A stretch of 64,000 bases of DNA from Schmidtea polychroa (lineage: Eukaryota). Both the position numbers and the translations under genes were made by a program. Positions within the stretch are counted from its first letter, which is position 1; each line of letters begins with the position of its first letter. Location: contig CM097885.1 of assembly GCA_044892525.1 (NCBI GenBank), positions 11,844,001-11,908,000 of the forward strand. Direction: 5' to 3'. Below the pieces are notes generated by a model. That model searched no databases and had not been told where the DNA came from. It saw only the letters and a program-made list of their open reading frames with translations. Positions 50,034-63,615 of this stretch are shown in pieces.

Positions 50034-50983
50034 TCTCGCACGTGCGTTAATATCTTTCCCAATAATAATGATAAGTTAAATTATTACGTAATCGATAATT
50101 AAAACAAAAAAAATTATAATATAATCAATGATTTAAACAAAATCAAATTATTACATAATCGATAATTAAAACATTGGTTCGAAAATGTTACTAAAAATAG
50201 ATTTAAAATGTTGCTAAAAATAGATGTCTTTATTACTAAAATTATAGTGACATTGATGAATCATCGTATGAGTCATCGTTCTAAAAATATGAGGTATCGT
50301 TCTAAAATAATGACGTAATCATTCTAAAAATATGAGGCATCGTTCTAAAATAATGACGTAATCATTCTAAAAATATGAGGCATCGTTCTAAAATAATGAC
50401 GTAATCATTCTAAAAATATGAGGCATCGTTCTAAAATAATGACGTAATCGTTCTAAAAATAAGAGACATCGTTCTAGAAATATGACGTAATCATTCTAAA
50501 AATAAGAGGCATCGTTCTAAAAATATTAGGCATCGTTCTAAAAATATGACGTAATCATTCTAAAAATATGAGGCATCGATTGAGTCATCGTTCTAAAAAT
50601 ATGACGAGTCATAGGATGATAGGAATCTATAACTCATCTTAAAGGTCTTGCAAAGGGCTTTAAGATGAGGTATCGTCCATTAAATTCGGATAATGGGAAC
50701 GATAACTTTTGGGCAAACGAAAACCATGTCACCGATAGATCACTAATAATATTTTGAATAATAATATGAGGCGTCGATTACGTAATAGTTCTAAAAATAT
50801 GAGGCATCATTCTAAAAATATTAGGCATCGATTACATAATAGTTCTAAAAATATGAGGCATCGTACTAAAAATATGTGGCATCGATTACGTAATAGTTCT
50901 AAAAATATGTGGCATCGTTCTAGAATTTTTTTTCACCCGGGGGGGCGGGTATATGTGGCCGGGCGGTGACCAATCATACTACT
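41874..50983. mobile_element. Non-autonomous non-coding Polinton derivative (element 3) with ~3.2-kb TIRs
   Basis: Ends AGTAGTATGATTGGTCACCGCCCGGCC...GGCCGGGCGGTGACCAATCATACTACT. TSD ATTGTC at 41868-41873 and 50984-50989. Arms ~41874-45140 and ~47800-50983. No credible ORF. Confidence 0.9.
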
Positions 50984-51429
50984 ATTGTCACAATAAATAC
51001 ATAAATCTATGCTTAACAGAATATCAGAAGATACAGAAACGGAGATCAAATGAAAAATATAATTTCAAGCCCAATAAAAACTTCTTGGGGGTACCTCCAA
51101 TGAGGACCCTTGACATTAATGAATAAATTACACAAATATTTTAATTAAATTTTTATTTATTTTTTATTTGCTTTATTAAAACAAAATTAATAAATGCAAA
51201 CTCACATTCATTACTTTAAATGTTTTATTTTTCAATTATTTTATTGAAAATTTCTCGATTATCAAAAAACTGAATTTTTTTCGTTTATCTATAACATTCG
51301 TGATTTGGAAATAAAAGAAAATCTTTACCTTCAAAGAACTGAATTAAGGAAATAAAGACTTTGGTTAGTTTAAAGCAGTTTATCAATTAAACTTCAAACG
51401 AGAAATATTCCATTGTGGAATGTATTTTG

Positions 51430-51474
<45 letters not shown>

Positions 51475-51736
51475 ATTAAAATACGGAAAATTTTAATTTC
51501 AATCCCAAGCGTAGTTTTTTGGAAAGTTTTTTAAAACAAAATATTTTTAAAAATTTCTATAAAAATAACTTTTACAAATAAGAAAAATGAAATTATTATT
51601 TTTGCTTATTAAAACAATTAATAAACCTTTTAGTGATTTTTTATAAACAAAAATAAAAGGAACTGTTTAAATTAAAAGTATGCAAAAAGTATTTATATAC
51701 TGGGATTATATTTAGAAAATTTAAATGTATATATAT

Positions 51737-54700
51737 TAGGGTGGAGTGAAAATATTTTTTTCTTAATATCTTGTTTGGATAGCTATAAAAACTTGGTAAC
51801 ACATGCAATTAGTAATGTGGCAAACAATTAGACAATTTAAAGCATATCTTGAGGTTCCACAATTGACCTAAAGTATAGGCATATTTCGATAAAAAAGCAA
51901 TAATCTTTAAAAAAAACATTTTTTTTATAAGTAACATATTTATGTTATGGTTTAACTTTTTAACAGTCTGTACATAACATTACAAGTAATAAGAACCATA
52001 TCTGTGATGGGGAAACCACATGCAAACTGTCTAACATGTTTTTATAACTACAAATGATGTTGGGCTTTGGTGTCCAGTTTTGGCATTTTCGATCTCGATT
52101 CCAAGCGTGCTCTAATGAATCCGTCGCGTTTTTCTGGACCACACACCATTTCGGATGCTTCTGTCACTAGCTTGATATGTCTCTCTACTGCCTGGGTGTG
52201 ACAAGGATAGCGGGCGAAATCCAGTCTTGGCGTTTCTTCTTCCCGGATCATGGTTAACAAAGTATCTTCGTCAATGTCCACTACGATTGGAGGCTCTGTG
52301 ATCGGAGTTTTCTGCCAATCGATCATGTCTATGTAGCTAGTAGCTTCAAAGTTGATTACTGGCACGCAGAAAGATCTAACTGAAGTCGTACGTTTCTGCT
52401 TTCTGGATTTCAGTATGCGTCGCAGAGCTAACTCGCGTATATCTGATCTTTCATCGGTAAGCATCGCAAGCAACAGATTTTCTGGATGACTAAAGAATGC
52501 GTTGCGTTGAATTACCTGGTCAACAACTTTCTTCAGCTCGTCTGTGAGGTAGCGTGATTTCAGTATCGTACTGTGGACATGTCGAGCGCCGTCTTTACAC
52601 GAAGGGGTATTCTTTATTTCAAACCATGCAGGTGCATAAACTGTTACGATGAAGGTAGCAAGCGTCTTTAGTTCATCCGACGGGCTTCTTGTGGCAACAT
52701 ACAGACGTAGTATGCGATTAGCCGTGGTTAACCATCTCGAATGGTTGATAAGACCAGGATTGCGAAGTGAATGGTCGACAGGACAAATACCAACACTTAC
52801 AGCAGTACACAAATCGAACAGGTATTTCTGATCTGTACTTAAATCGTCGGAATTTGCACTTGACGGTAGAACACAGTTTATCGGCATGTAGTCAACGATG
52901 GGAAGCTTCTCACAATTCAACAATGACTTTCCAATGGGACCAGAAAATCCTTTTGGACCATTGGTAGGTCCATCAAGATACTGAAACAAATGTCTTAACG
53001 GTAATTCGTTTGCATGCAACTGACATACGAACCACTGTAGCGGTCTGTGTAACGTCACTTCAAGTAATCGAATGATGCCTCCTCGAATGCCCGTATTAGT
53101 GGCTGTCCCATCACAACCTATTGCTTTTATGCCACTCGTGTCAACATTTCTTTTATTCAAATATGCAATCAACTCAGCCGTGATAACTTTGCTTGACCCT
53201 GCAGTTGGTGTAATGTGACCGAAATATGTAGCTCCTGGTTCGGCTATAATCGATATATGTTCTTCAGTTATTATTTTCCGATGAAATTTACCATCGCATT
53301 CTTTAATTTGGGTCATTGTATTGTCTTTTCTGCCGTCAAAATATAACCCAGTGATTGTGTTACTGACTTCGGCACATAATGCGCCACGCTTATTACAACG
53401 TTCTCGACGCACTTTACTTCTGTCAATCACTTTAGAAACATCATGTTCGTGGATTATTCCAACATCTTGAAGAACAGCACTGGCGATTCCTGCTGCCGCC
53501 CTGTCGGATACGCCATGTCGATCACACGCTAAAGCCAACGACGGTAGCTTAACTCTCATCTGCTTGTCATTCAATTTTCGCTGTTGTTTAATTTGGCTTA
53601 TACAATCGTCATCAGAGTCATCATCGCCGGTATCCATTTCCTCTTCCATTCCAGAAATCTCGTCACAGACATCCGACTGTTTATCACCGATGTCATCAAT
53701 GGCAGATTTGGTACACATCTGCCTCTGTGTCGACTCTTTACGGATATACCGCTTTTGTAATCTACTGGATTCAACCTCATCAACTCCAGCTATGATCATA
53801 CTGCGTGAACCCCGCTGATCTTCTAGAAAGTCACGTTCAATTGTGGGTATCTTTCTTGACTTCTCACAGTGACACTGAGACATACAAGAGCACTTGCAGG
53901 AGCAAATGTCAAAGAGTTTAATCGATTCATCTTTAAACTGCGATATTTTCTCTCTGTATGGTTCTGAGTCCTTCCTAGATTTATACGGCTTCAGCAATTT
54001 CATGAACGTCTTGTGGTACACGTTCAACATTTCATGAACACGGCGGTGGCTTACATGTGGTATGGAAGCTTTGTCCCATATTTGTTCTACTTTCATTGAC
54101 ACTGTTTCTGCCACGTTGCGATGTGAAGGATCTTTATTGTTCAATTCGCATTTCAGTCTCTGCTTTGTCAGATTGTAGAATTTCATAACATCTGCATAAG
54201 TCGGTAATTGATTGTCGGGCATCTCGGATGGACCACCAAAGATGACACAAGACACTTTCTTTCTGGTTACAGCCATTGCAACTCTAAAAAGGAAAACCAG
54301 AGGCATTTTAAATCCATATTATTTAAATGCCATCAATGACTTCAATAATATGTTATAATATTACCTCTTATAATGAAGTATCGTAGTGGAGTAATTATTT
54401 ATCACTAACAATACTACATACAGCGATTCAAAAAAAATACAATGTTATGCAATATGTATGCAATAATCCGTCTGAATTGACTCTAGAAACAGGAAGTGCA
54501 GCGTGTGAATGCGTAGAAAAGTGAACTAATAATGATCTTTTAGTTAACAGTAAGTAACGATAACGTATTAGTGGAAGCAAAAAGTTGCCAATTCCTTGTA
54601 ATGAAAAGAACACCGGATAGCAAATACATTATCGTTTTCTTATCAATGGTTACATTTTAAAGTTGGTTGTGGAACCTCAAGACATTATTTAAATTATTGT

Positions 54701-54804
54701 TTTTCTTTACAGAGTACTTCATTTGACCTCATAGCAAGTTTTTATAACTATCCAAAGTCTACTAAGTCAAAAAATTTTTTTTCGGTCATTTTCACTCCAC
54801 CCTA
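51737..54804 (-). mobile_element. hAT-superfamily (hATm-like) DNA transposon, second family
   Basis: TIR TAGGGTGGAGTGAAAAT/ATTTTCACTCCACCCTA; ATATATAT flanks. Confidence 0.85.
52048..54276 (-). CDS. DDE transposase (hATm-like), intact ORF
   Basis: FDGRKD, CDGTATNTG, CQLHANEL, SRWL and HTQAVER motifs. Likely start MAVTRKK. Confidence 0.85.
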   Translation of the reverse strand: MAVTRKKVSCVIFGGPSEMPDNQLPTYADVMKFYNLTKQRLKCELNNKDPSHRNVAETVSMKVEQIWDKASIPHVSHRRVHEMLNVYHKTFMKLLKPYKSRKDSEPYREKISQFKDESIKLFDICSCKCSCMSQCHCEKSRKIPTIERDFLEDQRGSRSMIIAGVDEVESSRLQKRYIRKESTQRQMCTKSAIDDIGDKQSDVCDEISGMEEEMDTGDDDSDDDCISQIKQQRKLNDKQMRVKLPSLALACDRHGVSDRAAAGIASAVLQDVGIIHEHDVSKVIDRSKVRRERCNKRGALCAEVSNTITGLYFDGRKDNTMTQIKECDGKFHRKIITEEHISIIAEPGATYFGHITPTAGSSKVITAELIAYLNKRNVDTSGIKAIGCDGTATNTGIRGGIIRLLEVTLHRPLQWFVCQLHANELPLRHLFQYLDGPTNGPKGFSGPIGKSLLNCEKLPIVDYMPINCVLPSSANSDDLSTDQKYLFDLCTAVSVGICPVDHSLRNPGLINHSRWLTTANRILRLYVATRSPSDELKTLATFIVTVYAPAWFEIKNTPSCKDGARHVHSTILKSRYLTDELKKVVDQVIQRNAFFSHPENLLLAMLTDERSDIRELALRRILKSRKQKRTTSVRSFCVPVINFEATSYIDMIDWQKTPITEPPIVVDIDEDTLLTMIREEETPRLDFARYPCHTQAVERHIKLVTEASEMVCGPEKRDGFIRARLESRSKMPKLDTKAQHHL

Positions 54805-55084
54805 ATATATATATATATATACGAAATGTTATTAAATTTTTATTTAAAATTTTATATTAAATTTTCACACACGTCCTCCAGCAATGCAAGAGCTCCAAAA
54901 CGACATTTTTGAAGAAAATTGAACTTTGAATTTTCAAGAAAAGTTCTACATCCTGTGGTATGTGTCCATAAGATTGCTGTAGTAGGTAAAATTAATACGA
55001 AAAATAAATTTCAGAACTTGGAAAAGAGCATTTTTCATGAAATTGATCAACGTTGGATCCATTACAAATTTTTTACTTTTTCTT

Positions 55085-55290
55085 AACTATGTATTCATCT
55101 CCAGCTATTATAATAGGTAGTAATACGCTTAAAATTCTGTTGCTAATTGAAAAAATGACAGGAGCCCATTTTGTGGACTAACATTTTTCAAAATACACAC
55201 CTACAAAGGCACGTTAATGGACCAGTTCAATTAGCGATGTTAAAGATAGGCTAGTTAGTGTGTCGTTTTTTTCGTGCAGACCATTTGATA
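55085..55290 (-). repeat. Uninterrupted paralog of the dispersed repeat into which element 2 inserted
   Basis: The reverse complement reads CACAAAATGGG-CTCCTG-TCATTTTTTCAATTAGCAAC, joining the two flanks of element 2 across a single TSD-like hexamer. Confidence 0.8.
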
Positions 55291-56954
55291 CTTTCTAGTT
55301 ATTTGTTGATAATTTATCATATTTTCAAACTCTTTCATTTTATTTTCTACAGGTCATACAAATCACCCGAGGCAACTACTCCAAAATCAAGTTTGTCCCG
55401 GAAGGCGGTAAATTGTAATATTTAAAACGACCTAGTGATGATTTAATCAAATTCTGGGGTCAGATCACAAAGTTATTGGAGGTTGGGTAAATGAATCTTA
55501 CAGTTCATATTCAGCCCCATCAAATAAATGTTATAGAAAATGATATGACAAAATAAAAGACGAAACCACAAAGCTTGTTATCTTAATGGTGTTGAAAAGA
55601 AAGGATAAAAAGTGATTTTGTGTAAAAATGAAAATCTTTATATTTTCCAAGTTTTTTTCAAGATTGTAGTTACCATATTTACATTGTAAACAATCAAATT
55701 TTTAAAGTAGAAATAGAAAAATTAAAAACGTTAATATTTTACGACAAAAATTCTCAAATGAGGTCAATCATTCGAAACTCCCAATGGAGGCTGCTATTTT
55801 ATTACAATCCAGTGTCAAATATCAAAGAATAAAAATTTTCCTGACTTTATTATTTTCAAGAAACCCAGCATGGATATCTGAAACCAACAAGACATTATTG
55901 GAATCGAAATTTTAATTTTAAATTAAATATTTAATAAAAAAATTATTTTTTGTTTAATTTTTGTGGAATAAATTTAATTTAAAATAATCATATGATAACA
56001 TGTGCTATTAAAATTAACATAAAATTGTTTTAGAATTAATTTTTAATATTTTAATTTTTTAATATTTAAAATTATAAAAATAATTAAAAAAAATAAAACT
56101 AATTAAAATTTATTTATTATCATTATAAAATTATTTATTATTCCTGTCAATTAAATAAAATTGTATGAAATTAAGTATTTAAGTTATATTAGTCACTAGG
56201 CGTACATAGCCATGTCCGAGTGAGACACATGTGACCATTGCATTTACTCATTAAATTTTACTTGCTTGTTTCCGACGCTACCCAGAGATATTATTCCTAT
56301 AACTATCTACATACATAAATTATTTTTTGACCAAAAATTCAACATAAATATGTACATTAAGTGATCAGTGAGTATCAAAATCTTTATAACACTTTCAAAT
56401 AAAATTAATCATTTTTCAAATCAAATTACAATCCATTCATATTTTATTCATTTGTTCTATGGTATGCCATTATTACACTTGGGACATAGAAATGAAAGTC
56501 CCAAGAATTCCAAATTCTTAGTAATCAACTGTAACGACACGCTGTCCATGAAAAATGAAATAATCTGAAGGGAAATATGATAGTCTGAAAGAAGAAGTGT
56601 AGAGGAAGCTTCAATTCTTCCGAAAATAAAAGGAAAAATAAATATTATATTTTTAAAAAAATAAAGAAATCGGTAGAAAGAAATTAATAGAAATTATTAA
56701 AGAAGTAAATGATGTCATAAAAAAAAACTTTTGACTTATACTACTATTTATTAAAAGTTAAAATATGAGCATTTTGTGATTTTGCATAAATAAAGTATAA
56801 GGAAATGATGATATATAATATTATTCGTAAACAACTCATTCAATTTTATCAACACAATCATTTTTATTAATGATGATAAAAGATTATAAAAATATAAAAA
56901 TGAAATTATAAGATTATATCTAATTCGCATAAATTACGCAATGTGTTTATTAAT

Positions 56955-57170
56955 AAATCCAAAACTCCGGTTGGAGTGTGTTCTGATTTCATTTATCAAT
57001 TGACATTTAATGGATGTAATGCCACATACATTTGTGAGACCTCCAGCTTTTTCAGTATTCAAGAGCATACCAACTATCGAAGTAATTGACCAATATTAGT
57101 GAGAACTATACGAGTAAAATAAAGATATCAAAAACCTGAAAATTATTTGACAGCGCTTCCAGAAAAGGTT
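56955..57170 (+). pseudogene. Penelope-like GIY-YIG endonuclease relic
   Basis: Translates as KTPVGVCSDFIYQLTFNGCNATYICETS. Confidence 0.55.
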
Positions 57171-57210
57171 CAACTATCAATGGTTCACCTATTGGATTTA
57201 TGATAAATAT

Positions 57211-57320
<110 letters not shown>

Positions 57321-57869
57321 GAAAATAGCCAACTAAGTAGATTAAAATATAACATTGCTATATCGTATTAAAAATAACTAAATAAAAATAAGGAATATTT
57401 AAACCAATTAACCAATAATAACCGTAATCAAATTGTAGCAAACTAAAATATTTTAATAATTTTTTCTCTTTTTTCTTTGGAAAAATAAACATTTTTAAAT
57501 CAAATAAAAATTATTTTTTAAAAACGCACAAAATTATTATCATTCTCTCTACAAGTTATTTTTGTTATTTTTAAAATTATAAAGAAAAACATTCAAGTTA
57601 AATTTAAATTTAAAAATTCATTTTCATACAAAAACAAAAATTGACATTATCACAGATACAAAATAAACAACTTTCAATTATTTAAATACATTCAAAATCT
57701 TTGCAGACTGAGTACTTTTAATATACTTTTAATATTTTAAAATATTTAATATTAACGCCTCACAAGTTGCTTGTTCCCAATAATTAATCAAAATTTCGTC
57801 ACAATCTTAAAATCAGAGATAGCTATTTTTTACTCGTACACTTCCGAAAATGATGACTGATGTGGGTCA

Positions 57870-58060
57870 ATCCAATGCTCAATAACTCAAGTGCAGAGAT
57901 GACGGGCAATCTCGCCAATGTATGTGACATTACACTCATTACATGAAAATTGATATGCGAGTTCTGAACACAAACCAACAGGAGTTGGAGATTTATTTGT
58001 GAACATGGTACTAACTTTGCAGGACGTTGAAATAATCTTAAACAGTTAAATGTTAAAAGG
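57870..58060 (-). pseudogene. Penelope-like GIY-YIG endonuclease relic
   Basis: Translates as MFTNKSPTPVGLCSELAYQFSCNECNVTYIGEIARHLCT*VIEH. Confidence 0.6.
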
Positions 58061-58601
58061 ATAGTTACATGTTAAAGGATCTTATGCTTGAATTCTCTGA
58101 AACCATCAAAATAAGAAAATACCAAAACGTATTTTGGATTCTTGTGTTTATAACAAATTTGTTCACCTTCCGAATTTGGCAACATATTAACTTTAAAGTC
58201 AATAGCAACATTACATACTGACAAACCCTTGCGAAGATCATGTGTATTCAACATCCATTTATCAAGAGTCTCTTTTGTCATACAATCAAACAAAGATTTA
58301 GATTATCTATTTTTAAGTAGCAACACAACCAGAGAGTCAACACTTTTTATTGAATTGACAAATTATTTTGTTTCAAACTTTCAAATGAAATACAATTTAA
58401 TAATGAAAATAAAGTCATCAAAATTACTAAAAAATCCAAATAATTTAATGAATGGAATAATTGAATTAATTTCCAATAAATAATAAATCCTCAATAAAAA
58501 CTGAGCACATAAATCTTGGATATTAAAAAAAAAGCTCTAGCAAACAACACAAGAAAAGGAAACAATTGCACAATGGAAAACTTTCAGACACCGAATGATA
58601 T

Positions 58602-58880
58602 GTGCTTTCGAAAAATAACCTTGTCTATTGCATCACGTGCAATATATGCAAAGAAATATACATTGGAAGTATGCTCAGGACCCTCTACCAAGGAGTTAAT
58701 GAACATCTAGATCCTGGTGGAAAATTCTCAGTATACAGACATCTCCAACAATGTCAACCAAGGAAAGAAAGAAAAAAAAATTTCAATCAAAATCTTAGCC
58801 AATGGAAAAATCCAAAAAAATGTCGGATTTAAGGAAGCAATTCTCATAATAAACACTCGGCCAACAATCAACACTAAAAA
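58602..58880 (+). pseudogene. Penelope-like GIY-YIG endonuclease relic, frameshifted
   Basis: NLVYCITCNICKEIYIGS..EH..SVYRHLQQC, then EAILI..RPTIN in another frame. Confidence 0.65.
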
Positions 58881-60864
58881 GAGATCAATGTTTTTCAATT
58901 TAATTTGTTGTTTTTGACCTAGAGATCAGCTTTTAAAAAATAAAATTAAAAATTAAAAAATACTAATTTAAAATAATATAGAAAATAGATAACATATAAT
59001 TTTAAAAGATCAGTAGGATTTAAAAATCAAAATAGAAACATTTTTAAAAATATTTAAATTGTGTATATAAATAGCTATTGGAAACTATATTTTATAAATA
59101 TTTTAAGATAGTATTTATTAAACGAGGTTTCTATGAGGTAATTATAGATGCTTTTAAAATTTAAAAATATTTCTTAGTGAGTCGTTTTGAATTTTATAGG
59201 ATATTTAATTAAAAAAATTTTTAAATTTTAAATTCTTCAGAAAAAATGTTTATTATTAATCTTAACCAATGAGAAGTAATGAAAAGGAAATAAAAAAGAA
59301 GATAAAATATCATTTTGGAAAATAGAAAATAAATTCAATGAATTAGAAAAGGGCTATCTTATAGTTGAAAATTTTTTCATTTGCTTTAAATATGTTATTC
59401 GCAGCAAAAGGCTTAAATTATCATTTAATTGTTTTAAAAACTTAACATTATTATTATATAATAAATATTTTGTTAAATTTTAAATTAATTTATTATTGAA
59501 TAAATTACAAAATAAAAGGTGGTCACAGGATTTCCTAGCGTCATTATGTTCAGTTAAAATTTATTTCTAACAAATTTATGCGTAAAATTTTCAAACTTTA
59601 ACTTTTCAAAATAAAATTTACAATTAAAATCCTTTTTGAATCAGTTCTGAATAAATTATATTATGAAGCAGTTAAATTGTCTAGATTTTGCTTTTAATCT
59701 TTCGAAATTCTTTTCATTTATTCATGGATTAGTTAACAAATGCATTTCCAGGTAAATAAATAAATTGGAAATAATTGAGAGATTTTAATGGGAATTAATA
59801 AATTATTTCTGTATTTTAATCAATTTATAATTGTGATATTTTTTGCCACGATTTACAATATTTAACTCATAACTGACCATGAAAAATTAAAATAAAATCG
59901 ACAAAAAATAAGAATCTCAATAATATATAAAAATTAACTAATAATAAATGTGTGTGTACCATTAATAAAAATGACAACAAATAAGAGGATTGGATAAAAC
60001 GTAAGGTCCTTGCCTATTGCAAAATAATTACTCGTGTTTTTCTTATTTTAAGAATTGACCTGTTAAAATACTGTGTATAAAAATTTCATTCGACAACATT
60101 TTTTTTTGATTAAAAAATTCAATGACCTTAAGTCCCCATTCAAAATGATTACACGTGTTCTTATACCAGTTAAAATCTGTTCAATTCTCTTTCGACCAAA
60201 AAAGTCTTTGTTCAAAATGACTGAGAATGTTTATGTCTGTAGAACATATCAAATCTCCTGCACAAAATAACTAAGACGGAAACTAGTTCATTTAGACCAG
60301 CAAAAAATCATCAGGCTTCTGCAGCAATAAAAAAGTTCTGTACAAAACCACTTTGCATTTAGAAAATAATGAGACCAAAAATTTCCAATATGAAAAGTCA
60401 TTACCAAAAATTATAGCGTAGCATTTCTAAGATTCTGAGTAAGGGGGGAAGGGAGAATATGGGAGGGGAGATTCATAAAAATTTCTCTCTACTTGAGAAT
60501 AAACAACGTACATACTCATCATTTAACAAAATGTTACCAATTTTTCATTTCGAATATCAGGAAGAATATTCGTGACCTTCAGTTTTTAATAATAAAAAGA
60601 AGTTGCTTCCATTACATTAAAATTATTAAGAAATAACAATTATTTTTTTGACTTGATGAATTCACTTAAACTAATAAATATTAGAAAATTATTGAGATTA
60701 AAATGTCATACGAGATAAAGGAAGAATTAAAATTGCTCAAAGTTAATTAGATTCTTTTACAAAAAGATTATGAGAAATGATAAATGTGTATACAATATAT
60801 ATTATTATTTAATTCAGATATTTTCATGATATTCGTAAAAAACATCATAAACCATAAAATTTTA

Positions 60865-61039
<175 letters not shown>

Positions 61040-62101
61040 CAGACGCTCAAAACTCCAAAACCCAAAATCTAATCAGCTATAGGGGAAAAATTTCTAAACT
61101 TAATTAATTAATTTCCATTTAATTTGGTTTCATTTTTGACAAAAAAAATCTATGAAATCCCCCTTAAATCTAATCATAAAAAATTGTTTGAAAAGCAAAA
61201 AAAAATATTTGATTTCTAATTCAGCAAAAAGATTACTGAATTGAAAAACGAAAAATACTTCTCATGATAAATTGCGGCCCAGGTCTTCAATGGACCCTAA
61301 TCCAATGTATGTTGCTGGAGAATTCTCGTTGGAGTTTCTCTAGAGTAATAAAGTGTATGATTTTATTGAGAGACAGAAATTTCCGTTATAATTAATGACG
61401 ATGTAAAAACTTCACCATCAAATGCCTGAAACTGTTGAGATTTATTTCACAAATTTCATTGAAAAAACAATTTAAAAATTATTTTTTTGTAAAAGTAAAA
61501 TGACCGTCAATGATTTTTAGGTGATGAAATTATATTTTTTGTATTTTTAAACTTTATATAATTATTTCTAAATTTCAATTTAATTCATTTCGTGTTTTCA
61601 TCTGAATTGATCTAGAAAACTAAAACCGATAAAGTGTTACGCTTAAAATGTCAATAAAATTAGATTAATTAATTAATTAATAATTCATCAATAAAATATT
61701 AATCGATAAGTTGAATTTAATCAACTTCTTTGGGGTTCTAATAAAAGTAATTTGAAAAATAATTTATTGAAATATAATGTTTTTTGTACTTCAAGTTTTA
61801 AAATATTATTGAAATTGTCTAAAATATTAAATTAAGAATAATAATTATTATATTAATAATAATAAAAAATTTACTAAACAAAATAATTAATTAAAACAAA
61901 TTACAAGGTCATTGATAAATTATTATTCCAAATGGGAAAATTGGAATGTCAAAAATTAAAACAAAATTATTTTGAAAAGTAATACAAACCTGTGAAGATT
62001 TATTAGCCCCACAAAATTCAAATGCTTAATTTTATAAACGTTGTCCTTGGTGAGTAACAAGGCCGTCCTATCCAATATGCACACCAGGAACTGTGCTTAG
62101 T

Positions 62102-62501
62102 CATGGGCGTCCGCAACAATTCTATTTTTCTATTAATTTAAACACATTTTAATAGATGCGCTCAAACAATGTTGGAAAAACCCAAGACAAAAAAAAATTA
62201 ATAAAAAAATATAATTTAAAGAGGCTTCCTGTTTTCTTTAATTGTTATTAACTATATCTGGAAATCAATGATTTAAAATCATTTTATTTTTATAAAAACT
62301 TTCAATATTAACTGACTTTCTGGTTTAAAAAAAGTGTTCTATTTTGTACATAAACGAAAAAAAGTACCATTTTGTATAATGCCCCAAATATTTATTATAA
62401 GCATGCATAATTTTTTCAACTCTCTTCCCCCCTAGAAAAATTGTCTACTTGGTAAAAAAATATTTTTGCTCCCCTTGGAAAAATTCCTGCGGACGTCCAT
62501 G
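62102..62501. mobile_element. hAT-type MITE, 400 bp
   Basis: TIR CATGGGCGTCCGCA/TGCGGACGTCCATG; exact 8-bp TSD TGCTTAGT at 62094-62101 and 62502-62509. Confidence 0.85.
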
Positions 62502-63447
62502 TGCTTAGTGCCTATATAATTCAAAAATAAGATATTGAAAAAGTAAATTAAGTAATTGAAAAATATAATGCTAACTTTGCGGATCTTTGCATATCTGCAT
62601 AAATTATGATAAAGTTATATTTTTTCAAAATCACTTGACAATGGTAGTGCCGAAAATTCATGAAAAACATCGATATCTTTACTGATTCATAGTCAAATGT
62701 TTTTAATAAATACAATGTCAATTGAAAAGAAATCAGTGGTGAAAACTGAAAAAAGTTCTTATAAATAAACTACTCGAATCTGTGTGCACACAATAATTTT
62801 CCACACATCGAGTGGTTGAATTTTGATTGAATGAGTATATGGTGTCGAATTATCATTATTATTAAATTTTATCTGGATCCTTCGGATTGATTCCTCGTGT
62901 CTTTTGTTTAATTTTGTGAAGTTTCGAATTCCTGTAATTCGAAAAATGTGTTTTTGATCGTTGGAGTTCAATTGTTTTGTGAATAATAATAATAATATTA
63001 CTGCCTGAACAATTGGCAATGAACCTTGTATGTGCAAAGTCGGATTCTCAGGCAATAAAGCTCCAAAAGCTTTATTACTGTCAATTATCTAAAGATTTCG
63101 TCATCAAGATCTCGTCATTGGGCAATTCGAGTTTCGTTTATTTGGCATTAATCATTTTGTTAATCATAACAAAAATAATTATTTTAGCTCTTCGGTTCAT
63201 AGAGAATTAATTATTTATCTGCCTTGCATCAAAGAAAAAACCATGAATTACATAAACATTGGCAGCCTAATTGATTGGATTCTCTGTAGAAAGATTCAAT
63301 ATAATTTCGGTTATATTGGAGATAGTCATATTTATATCAGTTGTTTGGCGGCTTTAGCAAACTCTCATTCAAAGTTTATTAATCTTCATTCTCAAGCTAA
63401 TGGACCTATGCGCAAGCAAAATTACCCCTCGTTCATCTCCACAACAA

Positions 63448-63615
63448 AAGGCTAACAGAAAATTACTCAAATCATTTTGAAACATTCAATGTTCAGATAT
63501 TGAAGCTGTTCTGTCGCTTTATGGTTCAGGAAGAACTACCGGCATTTTTTAGATTCTGGCGATGGTGTACCACACACAATATCAATTTATGAAGGTCATG
63601 TGTTGCTTCATGCTA
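63448..63615 (+). pseudogene. Actin pseudogene fragment
   Basis: KANR..TQI.FETFNV (frameshifted), then [34 protein letters not shown], versus actin [34 protein letters not shown]. Confidence 0.85.

Noticed and set aside
62759..63455. Short ORFs, possibly a Penelope N-terminal relic
   Set aside because: No diagnostic motif recognised.
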